Below are positions 1 to 10,952 of a stretch of DNA of 64,000 nucleotides, piece by piece. The stretch is taken from contig MU058650.1 in NCBI GenBank assembly GCA_013265495.1, positions 275,394 through 339,393 on the forward strand. The letters run 5' to 3'. This stretch comes from Vicugna vicugna. Its lineage: Eukaryota. The notes under the pieces were generated by a model that was given only the letters and a program-made list of their open reading frames with translations, made no database searches and had not been told where the DNA came from. How positions within the stretch are numbered: position 1 is the stretch's first letter; every line of letters starts with the position of its first letter. A program made the position numbers and the translations under genes.

Positions 1-328
1 TTTGGGCCAAGAAGCCCGTATAAGCAAACTTCCTTACTTTAATTTACTACCCCAAGCTCAAACCCTGTTTAGATTTTTTTCACTAATTTAGCACCCAAAA
101 CCTGTTTCTTTGTTCTGTCAATTCCTCACAAATTTATTTTTCCCTTTGTCTAAAATGTATAAAAGCTGCCTGCTTTGACCACTTCTGAGGCCTCATTTCT
201 ATGATAGCTCTGTGCTCATGATTTAAAATTTTCTTTTTCTTCTGTCAATCTGTCTTGTGTCAATTTTATTATTAGTCTAGTGACAAGAACTCGTGGATGG
301 TAGAAGGGGAAATTTTACCCTCCCAACA
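1..328 (+). mobile_element. 3' part of an ERV1-type LTR
   Basis: TATAAAAG at ~158, U5-like pyrimidine-rich tail, ends ...ccctcccaaCA. Confidence 0.6.
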
Positions 329-552
329 ATGTCTTTACATAACTTTAAGAAAATGGCTATTAAATGTTATAATAAATACTGTTGACATCTGCTGGAAAAT
401 TGTCTCCTTATGGCACTACGTCTGGATCACAAAAATCCAGGCTGAGGAGACTATTTTCAGCAGCTTTTTTTTTTTTAAGGTGATTTTATGCTGTGATTGT
501 TTCTCAGATAAAGCAGAAGGAGGCACGGAAGAGAAGGGCACTAAAATTAGGT

Positions 553-735
553 CAGAACAGCTGGGTTTGAGTCGGGGCTCTGTCCGTTACTGGTTGTCTG
601 ACCTTATTCAAGTAGCTTAAATTCATGGAGCCGACATCTTTATGTGTAATTTGAGAACGATGCCCACACAGACAGTTGAAGTTCTGTATGAAAATACTCG
701 CTTAGTGCCTGTCATGAAGTAGTGACTATAAATAA
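553..735 (+). mobile_element. MIR SINE (degenerate)
   Basis: ctgggtttgagtc..gctctgtc..tactggttgtctgacctt..caagtagcttaa core and gcttagtgcctg tail. Confidence 0.65.
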
Positions 736-892
736 TCACTTTCTGCTTATACTATATTTTACAATTGAAAGCACTTTTTTATGCATAATTTAAATCTCTT
801 CTCTTCTTTATTCTCCATTGTGAATGTGGTAACAGAAACTAATCCATCAAATAAAATGCTTTTAATGTTTTACATTAGTTTTCTAATTGAGG

Positions 893-1075
893 GGCCTTAC
901 CCTATTTTGTAAATAAAATCTTAGAGAAATACAGCCATGCCCACTCTTTTGTATGTTATCTATGGTGTGGCTGCTTTTATATTACAGCAGTAGAATTGAA
1001 TAGTTGGGGGAGAGGTTGCTTGAAAGCTTAAAATGCTTCATTCTGGCTTTTTAGAGAAAAAATTAACTGATCCTG
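893..1075 (+). mobile_element. MER58A-like hAT-Charlie MITE
   Basis: ttttgtaaataaa..acagccatgcccac..tggctgctttt..gaaaaa..ctgatcctg follows the recalled MER58A consensus. Confidence 0.7.
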
Positions 1076-1089
1076 GTTTTATCCATCAT

Positions 1090-2876
1090 TAAGACAGGAA
1101 GGGGGCAGGGCACAGCCATTCAAGGACTGCTATAGCAATTAACATCAAAATGGAGGAAGATTCAGCCCCCAGGAGGCCTTGAGGCTCAAGATGGAGGGGG
1201 ATTTAACTTCTAGTAGACCTTGAGCTTCGTTAGACACCTATTGTAATATATTAGCATGATAAATAACATGCCCACAGGCACCATGGCAGTCCCAAGGCTG
1301 GCCTTTGTGGCCTTTTGTAGGCCAAAGAGTGGGAAATGGCCAACTTCCCGGGAATCCCAGCCCCTTCCCCAGGCTACTTAGGCAGGTCCTTCCAATTATT
1401 AGCATATGAAGCCACCAAAGCCCCCAAAAAACAACAACAGGATACCTCGCGACCTCCCCTCTCTCTCCCTCTTCGGAGATGGCCCGCACTCTGTCTGTGG
1501 AGTCCGAGCCTACTTTTAATCTGAGTGCCCAACCCCCACACCTGGTGGCCTTTCTCTTGTCTTTCAATGTATCTCTCTGAATAAGTCTACCTTTACTCAA
1601 CTGTGGCTCATTCTTTTTTTTTTTTAAACATTTTTTATTGATTTATAATCATTTTACAATGTGTCAAATTCCAGTGTTCAGCATAATTTTTCAGTCATTC
1701 ATGGACATATACACACTCATTGTCACATTTTTTTTTCTGTGAGTTATCATAACATTTTGTGTATATTTCCCTGTGCTATACAGTGTAATCTTGTTTATCT
1801 ATTCTACAATTTTGAAATCCCAGTCTATCCCTTCCCACCCTCCACCCCCCTGGTAACCACAAGTCTGTATTCTCTGTCTGTGAGTCTATTTCTGTCCTGT
1901 ATTTATGCTTTGTTTTTGTTTGTTTGTTTTTGTTTTTGTTTTTTAGATTCCACATATGAGCAATCTCATATGGTATTTTTCTTTCTCTTTCTGGCTTACT
2001 TCACTTAGAATGACATTATCCAGGAGCATCCATGTTGCTGCAAATGGCATTATGTTGTCGGTTTTTATGGCTGAGTAGTATTCCATTGTATAAATATACC
2101 ACTTCTTCTTTATCCAGTCACCTGTTGATGGACATTTAGGCTGTTTCCATGTTTTGGCTATTGTAAATAGTGCTGCTATGAACATTGGGGTGCAGGTGTC
2201 ATCCTGAAGTAGATTTCCTTCTGGATACAAGCCCAGGAGTGGGATTCCTGGGTCATATGGTAAGTCTATTCCTAGTCTTTTGAGGAATCTCCACACTGTT
2301 TTCCACAGTGGCTGCACCAAACTGCATTCCCACCAGCAGTGTAGGAGGGTTCCCCTTTCTCCACAGCCTCTCCAGCATTTGTCATTTGTGGATTTTTGAA
2401 TGACGGCCATTCTGACTGGTGTGAGGTGATACCTCATTGTAGTTTTGATTTGCATTTCTCTGATAATTAGTGATATTGAGCATTTTTTTCATGTGCTTTT
2501 TGATCATTTGTATGTCTTCCTTGGAGAATTGCTTGTTTAGGTCTTCTGCCCATTTTTGGATTGGGTTGTTTATTTTTTTCTTATTGAGTCGTATGAGCTG
2601 CTTATATATTCTGGAGATCAAGCCTTTGTCGGTTTCACTTGCAAAAATTTTCTCCCATTCCGTAGGTTTTCTTCTTGTTTTACTTCTGGTTTCCTTTGCT
2701 GTGCAGAAGCTTGTAAGTTTCATTAGGTCCCATTTGTTTATTGGCTCATTCTTGAATTCTTTCCTGTGCAAAACCAAGGACCCACACTTGGCGGGGCACA
2801 TCCCAGGGGCTCAACTAAAGCCTGGGACACAGCCCCTTACGGCCCTTCTCAGGCCCACATCTGTTTTCCTGCATCA
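1090..2876 (+). mobile_element. Class I ERV solo LTR (1090-1615 plus 2742-2876) split by an L1
   Basis: Homologous along its length to the reverse-oriented LTR at 33785-34404; ends tgcatCA; near-TSD tcat/ttat. Confidence 0.85.
1616..2741 (-). mobile_element. Young 5'-truncated L1 (ORF2 C-terminus, 3'UTR, polyA)
   Basis: ORF 1943-2455 ([17 protein letters not shown]...[18 protein letters not shown]) is the L1 ORF2 Cys-rich domain. Perfect 12-bp TSD TGGCTCATTCTT at 1604-1615 and 2742-2753. Confidence 0.97.
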
Positions 2877-3075
2877 TTATCAAATTAACTATTAAAATAT
2901 ATATAAAATGTAAAGCAATTTTTAAAAATGTAACTCATTATTAGAATAAAAAAGACAAAAATATGAAGTCTTAGGCCACTGGCATGCAGATAAAAAATTC
3001 TCATTAAAAAGTCAATTAAAAAAAATTCTTAAAACATTGTAGTTCTTCAGGGGAAGAAACCTTTTCTGTGTAGAG

Positions 3076-3252
3076 CAGTGATTCACAACTGGGAATAATT
3101 CTCTCCCATGGTGGGTATTTGGAAGTGTCTGCACACATTTTTGTTGTTGTCATAACTGGGGGTCAAGAGCTACTCAACACCTTACAATGCACAGAACATC
3201 CCTCCTATAATGAAGACTCATTCAGTCCCAAATGTTAAGTTGAGAAACTCTG
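3076..3252 (+). mobile_element. MER20-like hAT MITE
   Basis: cagtgattcacaac...cttacaatgcacag...aaatgt..gttgagaaactctg termini and core. Confidence 0.75.
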
Positions 3253-3488
3253 ATGCAAAATGAGCCATTTACATGATTAAACAGCTCCGTTCAAGTCTGT
3301 CATTGTTTCTAGCGTAAGTTCCAAAACTTGCTACATCCTGACTGGTTGTCCGAGGAGAATCCAGGACATTCATCCAAATAAGGCTGCCTTCTATTTATAA
3401 CTTACTAGCATGCAAAAGCCATATAACTAATTTTTTCCACAGGGACACAAATGTTTTTATTTTTATTATATGCACATTTCCTTCCCAG

Positions 3489-4033
3489 TGTTACCCCAAA
3501 AGGTAAAGACCCAGGTTCTTGTCATACCTGAAAGGTAAGTTTACAGTTAGGAGATGATGCAATGTGTAGCAAAAGATTTTAAAACATTTATTTAAAAAAA
3601 GGAAAAGTGCACCTCCAAGAACGGGAGGTGGACTGATCCAAGGGAGGAAAAGCAGTAGTTTTTTTGTCTCCCCTTTCTCTTATCCCCTTGCTTAGAAGTG
3701 GCCTTTTGATTGACTGATGGCTCTCATCCCTGAAAGGCTTAGTCATGTTTGGCTCCATTTGCCCATGTCCTTACCTATGGTGTACCCAGAAAAACCCATG
3801 GGGGAGCTCAGCCTCACTGTTAATTATAATACAATGAACACTGGGTCGTGTTGGGTTAAGTCCTTTCTGCTACTGTGCAGCTGGGGCTGTTTGGTTTCTG
3901 ATTTCTTGCTTCCACTCATTTAGAAGAAATACAGTCCCTTTATGTTGGAAGTGGGCATACCATCATTTTCTAGACCTTCCTCCCTCTCCTCCACCTGCCT
4001 GCCTGGTGCCCCCACTTATCTAAGTTCCTAACA
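3489..4033 (-). mobile_element. Class I ERV solo LTR, same family as 14327-14884
   Basis: TGTTA...TAACA termini; perfect 4-bp TSD CCAG (3485-3488, 4034-4037); colinear with 14327-14884. Confidence 0.92.
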
Positions 4034-4821
4034 CCAGGGTGCAGATGGTTGCACCTTCCCAGACACTCAGATGTCTGCCTGCACCTGAGCCTGGGAACAA
4101 ACTTCTTCAGGTGATTAGCTTCTATCTGCTGTCCACTGGAAATGTCCAGATAAGATTTAGGTGCTGCTGCCCACTATTGGTAGCCATCATTTCCCTTATA
4201 CTCCTCATTACAGGATGATTTTAAATATGGCCTAAAATCTTTGTTTCTTCTTCTAATGAGGCAGTAGAAGAAATAAGAATCAGTCAACATTCTCTATGGA
4301 AATCCACAACAGCATCTTGTCCCCAAAATAGCATTCAGACACCCAAAAACTTCTTCTGAGAGGACATAATAGTTATAATAAACATTTATTATATATCATT
4401 TTCTACCCACAGAAGAGCAAATTGACAAATGGACAGTTGGGGGCATTCTCAATAATTTTGCCATTAAAAAATGTTTTTATGCAAAGACCATGATAACAAA
4501 GGGTCTCTGAAACATGTCAGGTACACCGCATGCCTAAATCCCCTTCTTACACTGCCTGTGGCTGCATTTGGATTTGTGTGCTCCAGTATCAATCTTGATT
4601 CATTTTTAGATGAAACCTTCTATGGTTGTGGTAAAAAATAATATCTGAGTCTGTTGTCATCTTTAATGTCACAGATACTAATCAAAGAGAATGTTTAACA
4701 GCCCAAAGTTATATAAGCTCTTATGGCTGACTCTATACCTTCCTCCCTCTACCCAATCACATGCACAGACGAGAAATGCGCTGGCACTTCTGGGTTTTAT
4801 AAAGATCTGGGGCTGGTCTAT

Positions 4822-5315
4822 TGTATTAGGGTTCTTCAGAGAAATAGAACTAATAATATAGGTTGATCTATGATAGGTGGGTAGATCTAAGTTAGGTATA
4901 CAGATTGACAGATAGATCTATCTATGGAGAGAAAGACAGAAATGTTAATTATGGGGAGTTGACACACATGATTACGAAGGCTGAGAAGTCCCAAGATCTA
5001 CAGTACAGAGGCTTGAGAATCAGGAGAGCTGACGGTATCTGTTCTAAATCGAGTGTGAAGACAAGAGGAGAGAGAGCTATGTCCTAGCTCAAGACTATCA
5101 CGCAGAGAGACTGGATTCTTTCTTGTTCAGCCTTCTGTTCTATTCAGGTCTTTAATAGATAGGAGGAGTGCTGCACATATAGATAAGGGCAATCTGTTTG
5201 CTCAGTCTGTTAATCTCATGCCAAAACAGTCACAGACACACCCAGAATAATGTTTAACTAAACATAGGGGGTACCCCGTGACCCAGTCAAGTTTATGCAG
5301 AAATTAACCATCATA
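4822..5315 (-). mobile_element. MLT2 (ERVL) solo LTR
   Basis: tgtattagggttcttcagagaaatagaac...gacccagtcaagtt...aaattaaccatcata, characteristic MLT2 ends. Confidence 0.85.
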
Positions 5316-6749
5316 TTTATACTTCAGGATTAAAGTTAATGCTATTAAAAAACTATAGAATAGGTTTAATAAAATATAAATACAAATGTGTGTGTGTATG
5401 TGTGTGTGTACAAAATTTTAGCTGACTCTCATGTCGAAAAGTTAGGTGGGACAATAATCCTCTTAGAACAAGCACTGGAGAAAATGTCCAAAAATCTAAT
5501 ACAGGTGGTGAAGATTCTTGAGAATGACTTCTTTTCATTCACTGATGTTTTAGTTTTTCTTGGCTAAAACTTTTATAAACTGATTTAACCTAAAGAAATG
5601 ATCATCTGAAAAATAATCAATGTTAGAATTTTGGATTATAAAATAATTGAGCTGAGGTTATCTGTTGGTTGTCTGCCCTGGCTGCTGATCAGGTCAGCAT
5701 TAAGCTCTGACTTCTGTCTCTGTTTTTTTGTATCTCACATATCTTCTTAGTAATAAATGGAGCAGATAGAAATGAGGTTAGTTTGAAAAATCACAGCTCT
5801 GGAGTGCCACATTCCATTAATTACTCAATTGTCCCCAATCCAAGGATTGGGTTTGACAGTTATTTCAGAAGGCAGAATGGAGAGAACATCAAGTTACTCA
5901 ATACTTTATTTGTGAGCTGAGATTACAAAGAGCTACGGAAGTTCCAGGTCATTTTATTATGCAGGGACAGCAGCAGTAGTGCATAGTGAAGTCTAGAAAG
6001 CCTATTTAAACACAAATATTTGCCAAGAATATAAGAAAACTACCTCAGAGAGAGTTCAGTAAATATCAAAAAGACATGCCATTTAATACCCAAGTCAACT
6101 TCTGTGCATTAGGTAACAAAGCCTTTAACTCCACGGGGTCAGATGCCTCTAGTGGATGTTCAAATTGAAAGAACAGCTCACTGCAAATTCTTTTGGAAGA
6201 AAAATCTCTTATTTAATCCAATATGATTAAAATTTATTTTGGAAAAATTTGAAATGTGTCTAGTTGTAGCCAGTCACAAACACCTACTGTTTCCCCTTAC
6301 AAAATGAGATTTGTGCAAATATCCCAAATCATGATGAAGGAGGGGCTAGGGTCCTCAAAGTGACGCCAATCTCATGGTTCAGACTGAGTCACCAGACATC
6401 TTCCTTAGCCCAGACAGGGTCAGGAATGGAGCTTGAGTTCACAGAGGTGTCTGCAGGGACCAGGCAGTAACATTTATGAAAGAAACAGTGCTGGTATCAT
6501 ACAATAGGAAGTGGGAAGTTCTGATGAATACACTGAACTGAACTTCACCATTTAAATACATTATGTGATTCAAAGAATGCGCTTTGTGCCAGTAAGTGAG
6601 GCATGAACATGCTAGTTGAAAGAAGTGTGTAGGGAATTTGTAAATACACTAACAACCAAGTGGAAGTTAATCATCTTTACAATGAAAATCTTTAGGAATT
6701 ATCCATAGAGCTGGTGGTCTGTTATTTCTTTTCTTCAAAAATCATTTCA

Positions 6750-7340
6750 AGAGAAGCAAATCTTTATAAGATTTTTTTTAATTTGAGCTCTATCTATTAA
6801 ATAAGTAAAAATTATTAATATAAAATATACTCCCTTAGACACAGCGGTAAACTTTATAATGCAGAGATACAGACAGAAAAAAAACAGACAAATCTATCAC
6901 TGATGACTTTAATAAACTTTTCTCAGTCTTAAAACATTCAAGTGTATAGCCAAATAGTAAACTGTATAGAAAGCTATAATAGATTCATAAGGTTGCTCTT
7001 CTAGTTAAATATAAAATATGAAACAAATGTAATGGAGAATATGCTTTTTAATAGACATGAAACAGTTTTGAAAACTCACCATGTTTAGATACATGCACAC
7101 CCACACATATACACCCACCTCACTAAGATCCAAGAACAAAGAAGAAATGCATAAAACATCCCCCACCCAATGTTATAAAATGAGAAATTTACAACAAATA
7201 AATGACAACAATAATGAAATAGTTTCTCCAACTGGAAATTTTAAACTCCTCTATGTGCAAGAAAAAATGTTTAATTACTAGAATTTTTAGAAATCTACTC
7301 AAAAAGCAAATGAGCCAATCCAAAAACGGGCAGAAGAATA
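6750..7340 (+). mobile_element. Ancient L1M ORF2 fragments
   Basis: A-rich degenerate L1-like text, e.g. ccaatccaaaaacgggcagaaga. Confidence 0.5.
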
Positions 7341-7344
7341 ATAT

Positions 7345-7618
7345 GTCAGACTCTCAGTCTCAGCTCTGAAGTGTAAAGAACTTGAAGTTACCGTTCTCAT
7401 CGTCACAGCAAGAATGAAATAACTGAACTGGAAGCTAACACATTTCTTGGATCCAGCAGAGAACTGAAGTTGTAGGCCAAGCCACCACCCCAAAATCTAG
7501 AGAGGCAGATAAATACAGAGAATCACAGCCAAGATCAGCTCACCTGGAACAGAAGCCACTATAGACATAAACTATTGGAAACAGCTGAATGATAATTTTT
7601 GACAAATTGTTGGGAAGT
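7345..7618 (+). mobile_element. 5' end of an old L1 (L1MC-type)
   Basis: cagctctgaagtgtaaagaacttgaagt...ttcttggatccagcagagaactgaag...atacagagaatcacagc resembles the recalled L1MCa 5' end. Confidence 0.6.
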
Positions 7619-7619
7619 G

Positions 7620-7925
7620 AGCACCCAAAGAGATGAGTTCTATCTCTAAGTCCCTGTGGAAGTACTGTCCAGGTACCCACTGGGTACCAGCTGACAGGCA
7701 AATGAGTACTGGGACTGGGGAGTAAGGGGTAGACAGAAGGAAGCACCTTTTAGATCTAAGGTAGTGTGCCACCGGGGTCCTGGAGGTGTGTCTCCCAGTA
7801 GCACATAGGGGTTTGAATCCTCTGGATGAAGAGGCACGAAGCCTCATTTATGATTTTCAAATCTTGGATGAGTCGATAGGGCTCATCCTTCTTAATGACT
7901 GTAAGGATAGGTGTGTTGTAAGATC
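7620..7925 (-). pseudogene. ERV pol reverse transcriptase N-terminal fragment (frameshifted)
   Basis: YNTPILTVIKKDEPYRLIQDLKIINEA, NPYVLL..LDLKGASFCLPL..SQYSFA and TWTVLPQGLRDRTHLFG lie in three frames; breaks off before YxDD. Confidence 0.92.
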
Positions 7926-8099
7926 TAGAGGAGAAGGGTCTAGAGAAGGAAGTTGGAAAAGAATAGGTGGCCCCAGCACCCGAAGGGAAAGTTGCTTGCC
8001 TACCGGCCACACCTATCTGTACCTGTGTCTGCAGCCCAGCAGTGAAGACCTCTTGCACTGGGGTCGACTGGATGGGCTTTTCTACTTGCAGACAACCAT

Positions 8100-9408
8100 C
8101 TGTAGGTGGAGGGGCAGTTCTCCCCTGCAGGCTGTTCGGTTTGACGCACAGAGGGCCACCCAGTTTCCTTGCTTGTTGCACCAAAAGCAGGCAGAGATTT
8201 TTCCTCATGGGGACATTCCTTGGCCTGGTGACCAGGTTGGCAGCAGACTTTTCTATCAGCAGGCTTGCCTTGGGCTGCTGGGGGCAGGGGACTTAGGGAG
8301 AGTGGCTGCCCATGAGGGGCTGTAATGATTTGTGCAGCCTTGTCCTCCTGCACCTGATCTTAGTTACAAAAAATCAGGGCAGCAGTGGTCAGTGTTTTAT
8401 CAAGGGTTACCCCGGGTTCCTGAACCACCTTTTGGAGTCTCCACCTAATATCAGGGGTGAATCGGGTGAGAAATTTATCCTTTAAGATGATTTGTCCCTC
8501 ATGTGAACTAAGGTCCAAAGTAGTATCCTTGAGTGATTGCCTCGCCTCCTGGAGTTGCCCTGAAAAGGCGGTGGGGTTTCCCTGGGCTCCTGACTAACAG
8601 CCAGTGCCTTAGAATAACTGATAGCCTGTTGCTGGGCTGTCGTGATGCTTGCCTTAACACAGATCCAAAAATGATCCCTTTCCCACTTTTGATTAGGGGC
8701 ATTATAGTCCCATCCAGGGTCCACTGGAGGAATGGCTTTTTCTCCTGTAGGAAACTTGTCATTTGACAGATGTAGACTGTATATTTTTTGGCTTCTCTGA
8801 AGATCCTCTCCTCTTCTATGTCTGATGAGGTCTGGCCAAGGATAATATTAACATCCTTCCGGGTGAGAGCGTGTGACAGAATGAAGTGCTGGTATGCCTC
8901 TCTACATTTATCTGGGTTGTCTGAATAGTTTTTCAAATCAGCCTTAATTTTCTTTAGTTCTACCAGAGAGAATGGATTATGTATGGGTTGCCAACCAAAT
9001 TTTCCACCCATTTTCACCAGCGGGCAGGTCTTAGTTATTGAAGGTAATGGAGAACCTGAGGGCAGTGTCTTTCCTGGGTATGAGGGGAGGGAGGGGCGTA
9101 TGGTAAAGAGAGCAGAGGAGGGCATGGGTTTAAGGGAGTCCCCCTCTCTAAGAGGTGTTAGGGACAACAGGTTGCTGGTAGTAACCACAGCCAGGGTGGT
9201 TATTTTGCATTTCTTTAGGAGATTGTGACTGTCCCTCAACAAATATAAGATCTGGATATATGGTATTTTAGATCATTTGCCTTGTCTCTTGTAGAAGAGA
9301 TTAAGCTGTAGCAAGGTGGTTGAATTGATGCTCCAATTTACGGGCCATGCTTTTGGCTAAGACATAGCCCAGGGAAGTCCCAGCAGGGATCAACTGTTGG
9401 CTTTCCAT
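8100..9408 (-). pseudogene. ERV gag (HERV-H/W/ERV9-like), disrupted
   Basis: Start MESQQLIPAGTSLGYVL (ATG 9408); capsid PFSLVELKKIKADLKNYSDNPD and DPGWDYN...VSQEPRETP (MHR region); zinc-knuckle remnant CCQPGHQAKECP. Confidence 0.9.
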
Positions 9409-10442
9409 CTGAAGGGTAGGATATTGGGGGTGGGACGGGCTTTCAGAGCTCAGCATCCTGAGATGAAGCCCACAGGCTATAGCCTGATATCTCAATCTTC
9501 TGCCTGTAACTAGAAGTATCTCAAAACCATGGCCAAAGACGGCTTGGCATCTCAGGGTCATTGGTCTGGGAAGGAAGAGCCAGCTCCTACTCGCCTCCCT
9601 GGAAGGGAAAAGTAGGTGCTGTCTTACTATGAGAAGGAAATTTCTGCAGTCCAAAGAAACAGTTTTAACCCTGTGGGTGGTCGGTGATCCAGGAGCAGTG
9701 GAACTGCTCAACCAGGATAGCCAGAGAGAGGGGGAGAAAACAGAGGAGTGAGTTAGGGTGAGAGGGTCCGTATGGAAGCTCCCAAATGGGGACGATGGCA
9801 GAAGAGGAGAACTTGTACTAGAACTCCAGCAGCTACATTTTCTAGGGCACGAGCAAGCATCCCTGGAGGGCTATGAAGCCTATAAGGAGTCAGAGACATT
9901 GCAGCCTGTGACTGTCATCCAAAGTGGTGCTTTCTTTAAAAGGTCTCCAGGGATGATGTCACCCGAGCTGTGTACAAAGGAGGTGGCCACACACTTGCAG
10001 GCCAGTGAGCGAGGCAAACAGGATATGGTCAGAGGAGCTCCTGGGACACCACGGGTTGAAATGCTGGCAGCAAAGGCATGGCCCCAGCTACATTAGGAAA
10101 CTGAGGGGAGCTTCCCAGGTTGACGATTCAGTTAAAAACAGCCCAGCAGAGGGGAACCCTTGTTGTCAGAACCATAAGACTTCATGGTGACCAGTAGGGA
10201 GAAGGCAGGTTAGGCTCTGAAGGCGAGCGTTTTTCCAGAGAGCTCTATATCAGAGGTCAGAAAGCCGAAGCAAGGATCCCCAGCAGGGGACACAGACCAG
10301 TAGGTAAAAGCCACAGAGTCTTGAGGCTGGGCCACTTGTTGCTCTGATTGAGTTTGAGCAACTTTAGAAGAAAATTTGTATTTATGGCCAGGTGAGGGGG
10401 TCCCACCTAGAATATTACAAGGGGCTTGAACAGAGCTATCAT

Positions 10443-10620
10443 TTCTTTTTGGGGGAATAAACTTCCTGAAGGCCCACCAACTAGACCCTTAGAGTGGAGA
10501 AATCCACCAAGGTAACACAGAAGTACCAGACTCAGGTAGTTGACTATAAACCTAACAATTGGATTAAGCTTCACTCTGCGTAAGATTGTGAAATACATTT
10601 AGATCGTAAGCAAAGGTGTG
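10443..10620 (-). pseudogene. ERV env SU N-terminal remnant
   Basis: Manual translation AYDLNVF...NC*VYSQLPESGTSVLPWWISPL*GSSW, i.e. a decayed CWxC and an LPWWxSPLQG motif recalled from ERV-PABL/HERV-R(b)-type Env. Confidence 0.7.
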
Positions 10621-10802
10621 AGTGATGATCAAAGTAATCGGTATACAGGTGTGGTCCAGTGTCTTGGGTCAGCTGTCTACCTCAGATGTCGTCTACTTCT
10701 CATCCTGGTCTGGTAGCTTTTCCTTTGTTTGAGCATTTTTTTTTAAGGTGGCCAGCAGTCTTCCCTATAGGCCAGTCAAGCGTAAGGGTGCTTTTTGAAT
10801 TA

Positions 10803-10952
10803 AATTAATCCAAGAGTCAATTTCCTTCGATTTTACTCTGTATGAGGTAGTTAAGAGTACCTGATAAATGGTCCTTCCATCTAGGTTGGAGGTATTCTTC
10901 TAAATCATGCTGTTTCCGCTAGGTATAATCTCCTGGGTGCAGGTCATGGGGC
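10803..10952 (-). pseudogene. ERV integrase C-terminal (GPY/F) remnant
   Basis: Manual translation PHDLHPGDY...LQPRWK/YQVLLTTSYRVKSKEIDSWI, with one stop and one frameshift. Confidence 0.8.

Noticed and set aside
7540..10190. Long overlapping ORFs as novel genes
   Set aside because: They are frameshifted gag/pol pieces, their antisense frames, or ERV leader sequence.
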